Below are positions 35,561-45,815 of a DNA stretch of 45,815 bases, one piece after another. Both the position numbers and the translations under genes were made by a program. The stretch spans positions 11,649,601-11,695,415 of the forward strand of contig NC_068990.1 of NCBI RefSeq assembly GCF_001194135.2, given 5' to 3'. Under the pieces are notes generated by a model. The model made no database searches. It was not told the DNA's origin and saw only the letters and a list, made by a program, of their open reading frames with translations. Each line of letters begins with the position of its first letter. Position 1 is the stretch's first letter. Origin of the DNA: Octopus bimaculoides (taxonomy: Eukaryota).

Positions 35561-38466
35561 TTAACTGCACTGATAAAATTACTGGTGTTGCAGTTTTATA
35601 GTTGCTAACTCTCGACAAATCTTAGGCACACCTATGTGACTTGTACCATCAGATTTTATAGGTTCTGCACCAGTGAGATTTCAGGTTAAATTCCGCATTG
35701 TTACAGATCGATCAAATCCATATGAAAGAAATTAGATAAAATGAAGCTATGTGAAATACATTCGAAAAGACCACTCCTGCTCTTGAATGGTATATTTCAT
35801 TAGTCACCCGCTTCTATACTACCTGGCCCTTAACTGAATTTTGAGGAAGACACTCTGTTGGAAGCATCTAGTCCAGGTTTCAAATCTGAAGATAACTTCC
35901 TCCCATTCTTCATATCTGTCTTTCTTTCTTTCTCCCTCCCACCAGTCCCGAATACCTAATAAAAGTCATGGGTACAGCCTTTCTCTGACTAATCCATTAA
36001 AACCTCAAATGACTCCTCTTTCCTGGTGCACAAGTCATATTTGTAAGACAGTGTTGCTGCTGCGACTACTACTACTACTACTACTACTACTGCTACATTC
36101 TAGAAAGAACCCACTCGAAAGGACCAGTCAATTGAATTACAAAGCTTCAGTAAACAACAAACTTCAAACCACTTGCGCACGCACACAAAAAGAGAAAATT
36201 GTTTCGTTTCGTTGCTTCTTCTGTCGTTGCTTACAATGGCCTTCGTTTCTGTGAATTAGGTGCTTGTATCTCCTCTCCATCTGAGTTTATTTGTTCCAAG
36301 AGCCTATAAGCGCAGTTTTCAGCTGATACATGGATCTGAGGCCAAGATTGTTAAAGAGGCTCCCGTATATATATATATATTTCTGGCCCCTCTCCTACTC
36401 CACCAAAAGATTACTCGTAGCTCTCATGCATCTTGAAAGGGCTTTACCAGGCCTCAAAACCATTGTTGTTCTCCCTTGCCAAATTTCTCTCGAAGGTCGA
36501 TGTGACGAAAATCTAGTTCTGGGATGGGTCCAGTGAATTAGATAAAGGTTTCAGTCTTCAACGTATCCAGTGTATGCTGACTACGCTAAAAAATTTGGCG
36601 TAGCCAGGACCCATTATGGTCCACATAGCCACCCCAATTATCTACTAATTAACTCCCTGAAAAGATTAGCAGCTGACATTGATAAGGTCTTCATCTGGGA
36701 GATAGGAATAACACTGCAGTTTTATTGTTATTAATTCACAACAAACTTTTTTATGGGTCGCACGAGGAGATTCCATACGCTTTGCACCTAGTTCTCATCC
36801 GCAGATATGCTGTTTGCATTCTACCATTGCTATTTACTGGTGTAGTTTAAATGGAGTGATTGATCGTATTTCAGAATTCATTTAATTCGTTTAAAAAATT
36901 TGCATGATTTCAACGGATCAAAAGTGAAGAACAAAATAACAGCAAAAAGCATTGGCTTTCGTCGTTGTCGCCGTCGTAATGTTTGTCGTCGCCACCGTCG
37001 TCGTCTTTTCTTTGTCCACTTTTTTCATGCTTGTCTTAAATCAGACGAAATGCGTTGAGGCAGAATTCCGTCTGACCCAATGCATCGTAAAAAAAAAAAA
37101 AGAAATTAAGGCATCTATGGAATGAATGATGCTGTCAAATCAGGATAATGCGAAAAATATATTAGTTCATGATGCATGCTGAAGCTAACAGTAAGTTATG
37201 TAAAAAGAACTTTTACGATTTCATATTTCAATGATATGGAAGAATTCACATTCACAAAAATACGATAGTCACATTCATCTGTTCGCTAAAATGTCCGCGA
37301 GGAAATTCACGTGAAATACCCATATTTCAAATGACAATATAAAATGATTTATGTTTTGTCATAGTGAATAAACATATCTATGTCATTGTGAGAACGTTCT
37401 TCTCATAACGTAAGTCGATATGAATATCTGCGTGAAAGCATGCTTTGAATAATGTGTGTTTGTCAAAATGAATATGATTATATTATACGAGTTCGAAAAT
37501 CGCATTGTGAGGGATTCTTCTGGAATTCTATTAGAATCGTTCATTTTATAGAAATATGTAGGATCAAGTTAAGCTTTCTGAAACAAACGAACGTACCTAA
37601 AAATAGCAATCCAGCTTCGCTGAAAATATCCAATAAAGCAGTCATGTATTTTGTGTTACGTGTATTTGCTTCTACATTTGCGCAACAAAATCAAGTTATT
37701 TGTAAAATTTAGTATGTCAATTCCATGTCAAATAAAAAAACAAAAAAACGACGAGAAATTTCAGTTAAATTGACAGCAAATTTTGTTTTGTATTTGCTTT
37801 GCAAGATTCATGTGTTGAAAAATATTTTGTTGTATCACAGGAGGATCATTATGCCAATAATAAACACGCACTGATTTCATTTCACTTCTTTATTTCTCAA
37901 CCAGTTTACCATTTAAACAATTTGGATAATCTTTCGGTCATTCAAACAGCTATGTTTCATCCTAGTTAGCTGTCTTACCAATGACATGCTGTCTCTCCTC
38001 CAGCTCTATTTCAAGTCTAGACATATCATTGATGGGGTAACAAATGGTAACGAAGGGAATTCGACAAACGTAACCGACTGATCGATTGACCGAGCGATTA
38101 ACCAAACACGCGATTAGTTAACTGGTTAAATAGCTGACCAATTGACAAAGAAAGAAGTGAATTACAACCAGTATGTGTGTTTGTTATTGGTATAATGACC
38201 CTCCCAAATTACACGAAAAGAGAGAAAATTATGCAGGGAAACTTATCGTTTCTAATAAGATGAAATCGATGCCGAAATAGAATAACGTCAAAGAAAGAAA
38301 ATAAGGGACCCAGGAGAATATCGATGTAATGAAGTGCCCATGATAGAGTGTTGTGCTACGGCAGTACCATATTGGAATTAACTCTTGGTAATATGGACAA
38401 ATTTCAGGGCAAGTTAATGCATACAAGGTGACCTACTTTTCTGATACACCATCAATGAGACCCTAT

Positions 38467-38501
38467 ATGGTCACTAGATCTGCTAGAAATAACAGCCAAA
38501 T
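38467..38501 (+). repeat. Dispersed repeat (family E) shared with 44508-44542; probable degenerate minus copy near 5095-5250
   Basis: ATGGTCACTAGATCTGCTAGAAATAACAGCCAAAT vs ATGGTCAGTTGACTTGCTAGAAATAACAACCAAAT, 30/35 identical. Confidence 0.7.
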
Positions 38502-39023
38502 CTTTAAATTACACAGTAGTCAGCCAGATTTGAACAGTCTCAAGTGTAACCGGCCAAAACTGTAAGGATAATTTGGCAACTTGACTGATGAGAGTAGCCT
38601 ACGGATGACCCGTCCTAGTTGTTTGCTGTCCGTCTTTGTATTGTCTATCTGTCCGGATGCTTTGTTGTCGTCTGTTGCGTCCATGTTCCATTTTTGTGGA
38701 TATATATATGTATATTGATACTCCTTTCAGATACACAGGCACACACATGCACACATACACGTACATACACAAAAACACACCCACACATTCTCTCTCACTG
38801 GGCAATGATGGCAACTTTTTGAAAAGCAAGTTTCTTCCAAACAATGCCCCACCCTTAAATAGCCACCCGGTTTTGCCATTTTTTTAAAAGGCCAAGAATC
38901 AAATTGTCATTGAAAGAACTGACCGGTTGTAAACACAATTTTCTTCTTTCTTCTTTCACCTTTCCTTCTCTTTTCCCATTGACACACCTTTGATCTTCTA
39001 AAGCAATGACGGCCTAGGACTAA

Positions 39024-39047
39024 ACAACAGCTACTACTACTACAACA

Positions 39048-39107
<60 letters not shown>

Positions 39108-39456
39108 ACTACTACTACTGCTACTACTACTACTTCTACTGCTGCTGCTGCTGCTACTACTAACATCACCACTATTATCACTACAAGTACTTCTACCAGC
39201 ACAACCGCCACCACTACTACAGCAACTAACTACTAAATAGTTCCACAGCTACCACCACCACTAAAATCACTACTAAAACTACTACTACCACTACAACCTC
39301 TATTACTTTTACTATCATCGCCACCATTTCTACAATCACTACTACAACTACCATCACCACAACTACCACCATCACTACTACTACAGTTACCACTACCATC
39401 TCTGCTACCACCACTTCCACAACCACCACCATCTACCACTACAACTACTACTGCTG

Positions 39457-39488
<32 letters not shown>

Positions 39489-39697
39489 GCAATCACCATC
39501 ACCACCGCTACCACCACTTTCACAACCACCACCAGCACCATCTACCACTACAACTACTACTGCTACTACTACTACTACCACCACCATCAACACCACCACC
39601 ACCACCACTTCCAATACTACCACACCACCATCCACCACCACCACTACTACTATCACCAGCACTATCACTACTACTACCACCACCACCACCACTACAA
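39024..39697. repeat. Long degenerate trinucleotide tract (ACT/ACC/GCT)
   Basis: Directly visible; internal ~60-bp duplication at about 39412 and 39516. Confidence 0.93.
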
Positions 39698-40161
39698 GAC
39701 AGTATAAAAATTCTGGTAAGTTGACACTGTTGAGTTAGGTGGCTCTTTTAATTCTTTTTTTTTTCTTTAAACTTTGTCAATATGAGCGAAATGGAAATGA
39801 GGTTCGATGATGTTTGCTGTTGTTTTCTCTTCTATCCATTAAGCCTAATTAAACTCAATTAGACTCTGGCCTTATTTACAGTTAATCAAATTGAATTTAT
39901 TATTTCATTTTATACTGATATTTGCTTGCTTTATTTTTTGGCATTTTTCTTCATTTCGTTTTTTTGTTTGTGTATGCGTGTATGTATGTGTGTGTGTGCG
40001 CGTGCGTAAGAGAGTGAGTATGTTAACATTGATACTTAGACATACACAGACACACACATACAAGCTGTAACTACTACTGCTGCTACTACTACTACATCAT
40101 CGCTCCTCATTTCCACACACACACATATACATATGTATGTGTATCAGAGCATTGTTAGTGC

Positions 40162-40233
<72 letters not shown>

Positions 40234-40246
40234 ATANNNNNNNNNN

Positions 40247-40308
<62 letters not shown>

Positions 40309-40550
40309 ATATATAGATGTATGTATGTAAGTATATATATGTGTGTGTGTGTGTATGTATGTGTATGCACCCATACATGCACAAAAACGCACACATACAA
40401 AAATATATACAAAACATAGGCTAACTCACAGACACACATACATGGATAAACATAAGCGCATGCTCAAACATTTGCATGCACACATGCATAAAATCCTGCT
40501 TTTATATCAACTCACACACACACAAGTGTAGGCACTCATATTTACATATA

Positions 40551-40761
40551 TAGGGTGAGCCAGAAGTCATGCACCAAAACATTTGACGTTTTATTTATAT
40601 TAAATTATTATCATTATTATTCATTTTGCTCATCATGTACAGTTACATGTGTAGCCATCATTATTATATTTATTTTATTCAATTTTTAGAAGCACTGAAG
40701 CATGACTTTGACAATTCTGTAGAGTATTGAAGTTACTGGAGCATGAATTTGGCCCGCCCTG
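40551..40761. mobile_element. Tc1/mariner-type MITE, 211 bp, TA-flanked
   Basis: Left TAGGGTGAGCCAGAAGTCATGCACCA vs right reverse complement CAGGGCGGGCCAAATTCATGCTCCA; TA at 40549-40550 and 40762-40763. Confidence 0.75.
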
Positions 40762-41442
40762 TACATAGGTGTCATCTCTTACTTGCCTTCACACTATCAT
40801 CACTTAGCACTTGGCTAACTTTAAAAGAGTCTACACTGTTGAAAGCATTTCAATCAGGTTATGGAAAGGTAATTTCTTCCCTGTAACCTCAGAAGCTCTG
40901 AAAGGGGTCATGAACAGTACTATCTCAAGGCTAGGGCACAATGGTTGCCCTGAGGTGTTGGGGAGCTTCTGGGTCCAGGGGCCCAGTTCTGATCTATATA
41001 TGCATGCTGTGGCTTGTTGTTAATAAGTTAATACTCTAAGACCCTGGACATTGATTTGCCTGGGGACCTGTAATGCTGCTTAAACAGCCCTTGTCGTTAA
41101 CTTCCCTTTTCTGGTTTTGATTATGTGTGTGTGTATGTGGGTGTGTTTATGGAATGAAAATCAACCCTAAGTCATTGGAAATTAATTAGTATCGCTAATT
41201 AGTATGTCTTGCACTAAAATGAGACAAATGGTGGTTTGTAACAAGGAAGAACAGTCCACTGTTGAAGAATTAAATTAGTCATACACACACACACATATAC
41301 ATGTATGCATACATACATGCACACACACATATGCATACATACATGCTTATATGCTAACACACACACACGCAAACATATATGTATATACATTAATGCAGGC
41401 TTGCCTGTGTGTTTAAGTTTCATTTCCAGTTAGTTTCTTCTC

Positions 41443-41715
41443 CATGGCACCATGGACAAGTGACTACTACTATAGCTTCAAACCTTGTGAGTGGATTTGG
41501 TGGATGGAAACTGTACGAAGCCTGTCATATACATGTGTGTGTGTGTGTATGAATTAGTATCACTTTGTTTGGACATCATGTGGTTATTGTAAGTTAGGGA
41601 AGGTGAGGATTGGTGACAGGAAGTGCATATGGCTGTAGAAAATCCACCTCAACAAATTCTGTCTGACTCATGTGAGAATAGGAAAGAGCATTTTAAAAGG
41701 ATAACGATGATGACA
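41443..41715 (+). mobile_element. Old SINE with head B remnant and tail C
   Basis: GTGAGTGGATTTGGTGGATGGAAACTG then GGAAGTGCATATGGCTGTAGAAAAT...ACGATGATGAC. Confidence 0.7.
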
Positions 41716-42039
41716 TATATACATTTATATACACACCTAGAACTCTTGTTTCGGTCTTTTGTTGCAAAACAAAATATGATGGCTTTGATATGCAAGTTTA
41801 TGAGCTATTGTCTATAAGAGAGAAGCAATACAACATATCTATTCAGAGATTTCCACAGATAAGTCTTAATTATCTGCAACTTGAAAAACAATTCATAGCC
41901 TCTCACTGCATACAGTCTGATTTTCACTAACTGTAAGCAATTTGAACTGGTCTTTTCTGTAATAGGTAATACCTCAAAAAAAAGGAAGGCCTATGGCCTA
42001 TCAGTCTGAAAGTTCCCTTTCGTTTATATTTTAAGCAGG

Positions 42040-42086
42040 TCATCCATCATCCATCATCCATCATCCATCATCCATCATCCATCATC
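42040..42086. repeat. Heptanucleotide repeat (TCATCCA)6
   Basis: Directly visible. Confidence 0.95.
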
Positions 42087-42118
42087 AACTTGCCAGGCCT
42101 GTTGTGATTTCATCAAAT

Positions 42119-42255
42119 TACTCATTTCTGCTATCTGAGTAAACTATAGAAGTGTGAAATGAAGAGTCTTCCTCAAGAACACAATTCATTGCCTGGTTCA
42201 GGAATTGAAATCACAACCTTACTGTCTTGTGTACAACACTGTAACCACTAAACCG
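42119..42255 (-). mobile_element. SINE head D fragment
   Basis: Colinear with 640-775. Confidence 0.7.
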
Positions 42256-42612
42256 CTGTATTCCCTGTTGGAATGCAAAACACTTGAAACACAGAGGGAT
42301 TTCAACAGAAGTGACTTCTGTTCAATGAAGCATTTCACACTGTAGCCTTCTGCCTTCAGGTCATCCATACTCGGCCAATGTGTCTCTCCGTGGCCATTCA
42401 TGTGAGACCATCACTGTTGAGAAATGGGTCATATTGGGAAAGGTTTCTCTTATTAACGTTTTCTACTGGTAAGAGGCATCAGAGCTTTCAAAAAATTAAT
42501 TCTAAAATAGGAATGAATGCGTCATGATTAAAATCTCACAAGGGTTTCCACTACCTTTTGGTCAGTTTCCTTACTAACTATTAAAGCTTTCCATCCTTTT
42601 GTATATCAGACC

Positions 42613-42804
42613 AAGCAAGCTGACAATCATTAACATGTTGGACGAAATGCTTTGCTGTATTTCTATCTCTTTACAATCTGAGTTCAAACCTTGTCATGGT
42701 CAACTTTGTCTTTCGTCCCTTTTAGGGTTGATAAAACAAGTATTAGTCAAGCACTGAGGTTTGTGCAATCTCCTTACCCCCTCCCTTCAAAATAGCTAAC
42801 CTTG
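42613..42804 (+). mobile_element. Diverged SINE family A abutting a family B copy
   Basis: CTGAGTTCAAACC..GGTCAACTTTGTCTTTCGTCCC. Confidence 0.75.
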
Positions 42805-43243
42805 TAGGCATAGGAGTGATTGTGAGGTAAGTAGCTTGCTTACCAACCACATGGTTCTGGGTTCAGTCCCACTGCATGGTACCTTGGGCAAGTGTCTTCT
42901 ACTATAGCCTCGGGCCAACCAAAGCCTTGTGAGTGGATTTGGTAGGCGGAAACTGAAAGAAGCCTGTCGCATATATGTGTATATATATATGTGTGTGTGT
43001 GTGTGTGAGTGTGTGTCTGTGTGTGTGTGTGTGTGTCTGTGTGTGTGTGTCTGTGTTTGTCCCCCCATCATCGCTTGACAACCGATGCTGGTGTGTTTAC
43101 GTCCCCATAACTTAGCGGTTCGGCAAAAGAGACCGATAGAATAAGTACTCGGCTTCCAAAGAATAAGTCCTGGGGTCGATTTGCTCGACTAAAAGCGGTG
43201 CTCCAGCATGGCCACAGTGAAATGACTGAAACAAGTAAAAGAG
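42805..43243 (+). mobile_element. SINE family B, full length
   Basis: Head with GGTTCAGTCCC B-box-like motif, CORE-like ACCTTGGGCAAGTGTCTT, internal (TA)/(GT)n, tail ending GTAAAAGAG. Confidence 0.93.
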
Positions 43244-43792
43244 TTTGGGCCAAAATTAGAAAAAAAACTGACAATGTGTAATTTGTGAAATATTTGGTTA
43301 CTGGTTTCTTTTCATCAAGCACTACATAGAGCATGGTTACTTAACCATTTTTGTTCTATTTATTCCCTGTCAAACACCCTCACTTTGTTTTATTCTCTAA
43401 TTGGAGTTTATGTTCTACCATAATAAACCTAAATGAGAAAAAGAAATTTAAAATATTGTTTTCATACATTATTATCATTATAAGTTCAAATGACAATAAC
43501 AACAAAAATACCACATAACCATATCACTTCACTTCTTTATGAACTAATGATGAACGAATAACAGAACAAAAACACTATCTTCTGAATTAGGCTACTCCAT
43601 TAGCAACACAAGTAATTAAGGAGTATACAATACAGATCATTAATTCCAAAGTGGTTAGAAAGAAAATAAAATAAAATGAAAATACTCTTTAAAAACTAGG
43701 CCCACTTCAAAATCGTTTTCTCAACTTGAGATTTTTAAAAATTGTAATTGAAAATATAAAAAATATATATATATATAGCTAGAAATTGAAAA

Positions 43793-44272
43793 TAGGTGCA
43801 TGCATGGCTATGTGGCTAAGATGATTGCTTTGCAACCATGGGTACTCTGGTTCCGTTCTATTGTATGGCACCTTCAGCAAGTACCTTCTACGATAGCCCT
43901 GAGCTGATCAATGCTTTGCAAGTGAATTTGGTGGATGGAAACTGTATAGAAGCCAATCATGTATGTATGTATGTATGTATGTATGTATGTATGTATGTAT
44001 GTTTGTATATTTTGTGTGTCTTTGTAGATGTTTGTCACAACCCTCCCCTCTACACACCACGACAGCCAGTATTGGTTTGTTTATATCCCTGATTATAAAG
44101 TGGTTTGTCAAATGAGACCAATAGAATAAACACTAGACTTGAAAATAAAAGTAAAAAAACATAAATACTGGAGTTGATTTATTTGATTAAAAACCTTCAA
44201 ACCGGTACTCCAGAATGGCCTCAGTCCAGTGACTGAAACAAACAAAAGATAAGCGATAAAAGATGAAAGAAT
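43793..44272 (+). mobile_element. Older SINE family B
   Basis: Same modular order, more diverged, internal (GTAT)n. Confidence 0.8.
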
Positions 44273-44680
44273 AAATTTATTTCAGTTTGGAAAACCCTGA
44301 CTTCAAGACTCCCTTGTTGCTTTGTTCCTAGATTTATATTTCAATCCTAATGTTACCAGGACAACATTATACCTTCTTTCCGTATTTTGGCTTGATGTGA
44401 ATAAGATTTGACTGCTACATCTGGCAAATTGAGTAACCACATATTGGTTTCCTCATCAGTTCACCTAACTGTAAGTAGTATATCTCTCAACAGTAAGAAG
44501 GCACAGCATGGTCAGTTGACTTGCTAGAAATAACAACCAAATTTCCCATAAATCACTCTCATCTGTACTATTTTATACATAAAGGCAAACTGCTTTATCT
44601 AATATAGTCTTTACAAAGACTACATAATACATCTTCATAATTTTAGTTTTTATTATACTATAGTCATTATTCTATAAAGA

Positions 44681-45026
44681 CCCACTGCGTGGCATCTTGG
44701 GCAAGTGTCTTCTGCTATAGCTTCAGGCCGACCAAAGCCTTGTGAGTGGATTTGGTAGACAGAAATTGAAAGAAGCCCGTCGTATATATGTATATATATA
44801 TATATGTATGTGTGTTTGTGTGTCTGTGTTTGTTCCCCCAAACATCGCTTGACACCCGATGCTGGTGTGTTTACGTCCCCATAACTTAGCGGTTCGGCAA
44901 AAGAGACCAATAGAATAAGTACTAGGCTTCCAAAGAATAAGTCCAGGGGTCGATTTGCTTGACTAAAGGCGGTGCTCCAGCATGGCCACAGTCAAAAGAC
45001 TGAAACAAGTAAAAGAGTAAAAGAGT
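44681..45026 (+). mobile_element. SINE family B, 5' truncated
   Basis: Near-identical to 42868-43243; (GTAAAAGA)2 tail. Confidence 0.92.
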
Positions 45027-45815
45027 ACAAGATGGCCATGGCTGGAATGCCATTGATTATAGCTTTTTTCACACAAATTTAATGTAGGTCTAAACACTCT
45101 ACAATAATCAGTTGTGGAAAGTTATTTGTTAATCTGGAATTCCTCTCAAGAGAAATGAAGGCTTCCTATATAAGATTAACCGTTCCATAATTATATTTCT
45201 AAAGCCTAGTCTGCTGTTATGTTCCAATTAATTTTCAATGTAACTGATGTTTGGAAGGGTTTTATACAATATCACTAACTTCATATCTTAGTATATATAT
45301 GTTTGTCTTGACCAAATGAAATCTTATTACATCATTAATATTATAGTGAGAATTTTGATTGAGTCTTTAATTAAAATACATTAACACTGTTGGTCTCTGG
45401 TGGATTGGATTTAATTAACAGAGTTAAGTGCAGTATTCAGGAAGGGGATTTCTTTTTGTTGGCATAACAAGAGATAAGCACACTGGTCATCGATGGATTC
45501 TGAAGATTTAGAGAACGATTGTTATTACCTGAGAGATTCAGATGGCAGCATTGAGAGTGTGTCTTTCCAAAAACATAATTGAGTGTTGTGTGTGTGTGTG
45601 TATACTTATATATATATACATGGCCAATGTACTATATGTGCAAATGTCCACCTTATTCTATATGTAGATAATAACACTAACAAAAGATGATTTATTACTC
45701 TAAGCAATAGCATCCCTATATAATCAATACTTTTGTAGCTTGCAGGGCTGGATTCCATTTTGGAAGAGGCGTGGTTGTGTGGTAGGAAGCTATGTATATA
45801 TATATATATATATAT

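Noticed and set aside
37390-37407. Heat-shock-element-like AGAACGTTCT within TGAGAA..TTCTCA
   Set aside because: Only two nGAAn units and no associated gene.
38229-38426. Hydrophobic ORF with SWVPYF resembling GPCR TM6
   Set aside because: Single hydrophobic stretch in T-rich DNA; no other helices or splice support.
39020-39692. Mucin-like Thr-rich or poly-Val ORFs
   Set aside because: Frameshifts and stops interrupt the Thr frame; explained by triplet repeats.

Overview
AT-rich, repeat-dominated eukaryotic intronic/intergenic DNA from a gapped draft assembly (N gaps at 990-1960, 19083-19578, 24955-25280, 27023-27068, 40237-40246). The SINE families and microsatellite load suggest an octopus genome; this is inference from recalled repeat types, not a database search. 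I find no intact protein-coding gene, RNA gene or CRISPR array, and the ORF track is mostly microsatellite or gap artefact plus decayed transposon frames. Contents: about 40 SINE copies or fragments with three tRNA-like heads (my working names A, B, D) and interchangeable tails; two decayed R4/Dong-type (RLE) LINEs; a decayed APE-type LINE; a mariner relic with two nested SINEs; two MITEs; a Helentron-like non-autonomous element; and a 555-bp element embedded in (TTA)n. Most notable: (1) two arrays of target repeat-SINE-target repeat-SINE-target repeat (10711-12207, 17299-17961) whose units carry different tail subtypes but are separated by the same locus-specific 17-18 bp sequence, matching the TSD length of solitary copies; (2) a fold-back MITE with a central (CCCTAA)3/(TTAGGG)3 hairpin; (3) a KH-domain-like segment inserted inside an R4-type reverse transcriptase. 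Coordinates were counted by hand and boundaries of decayed elements are approximate.
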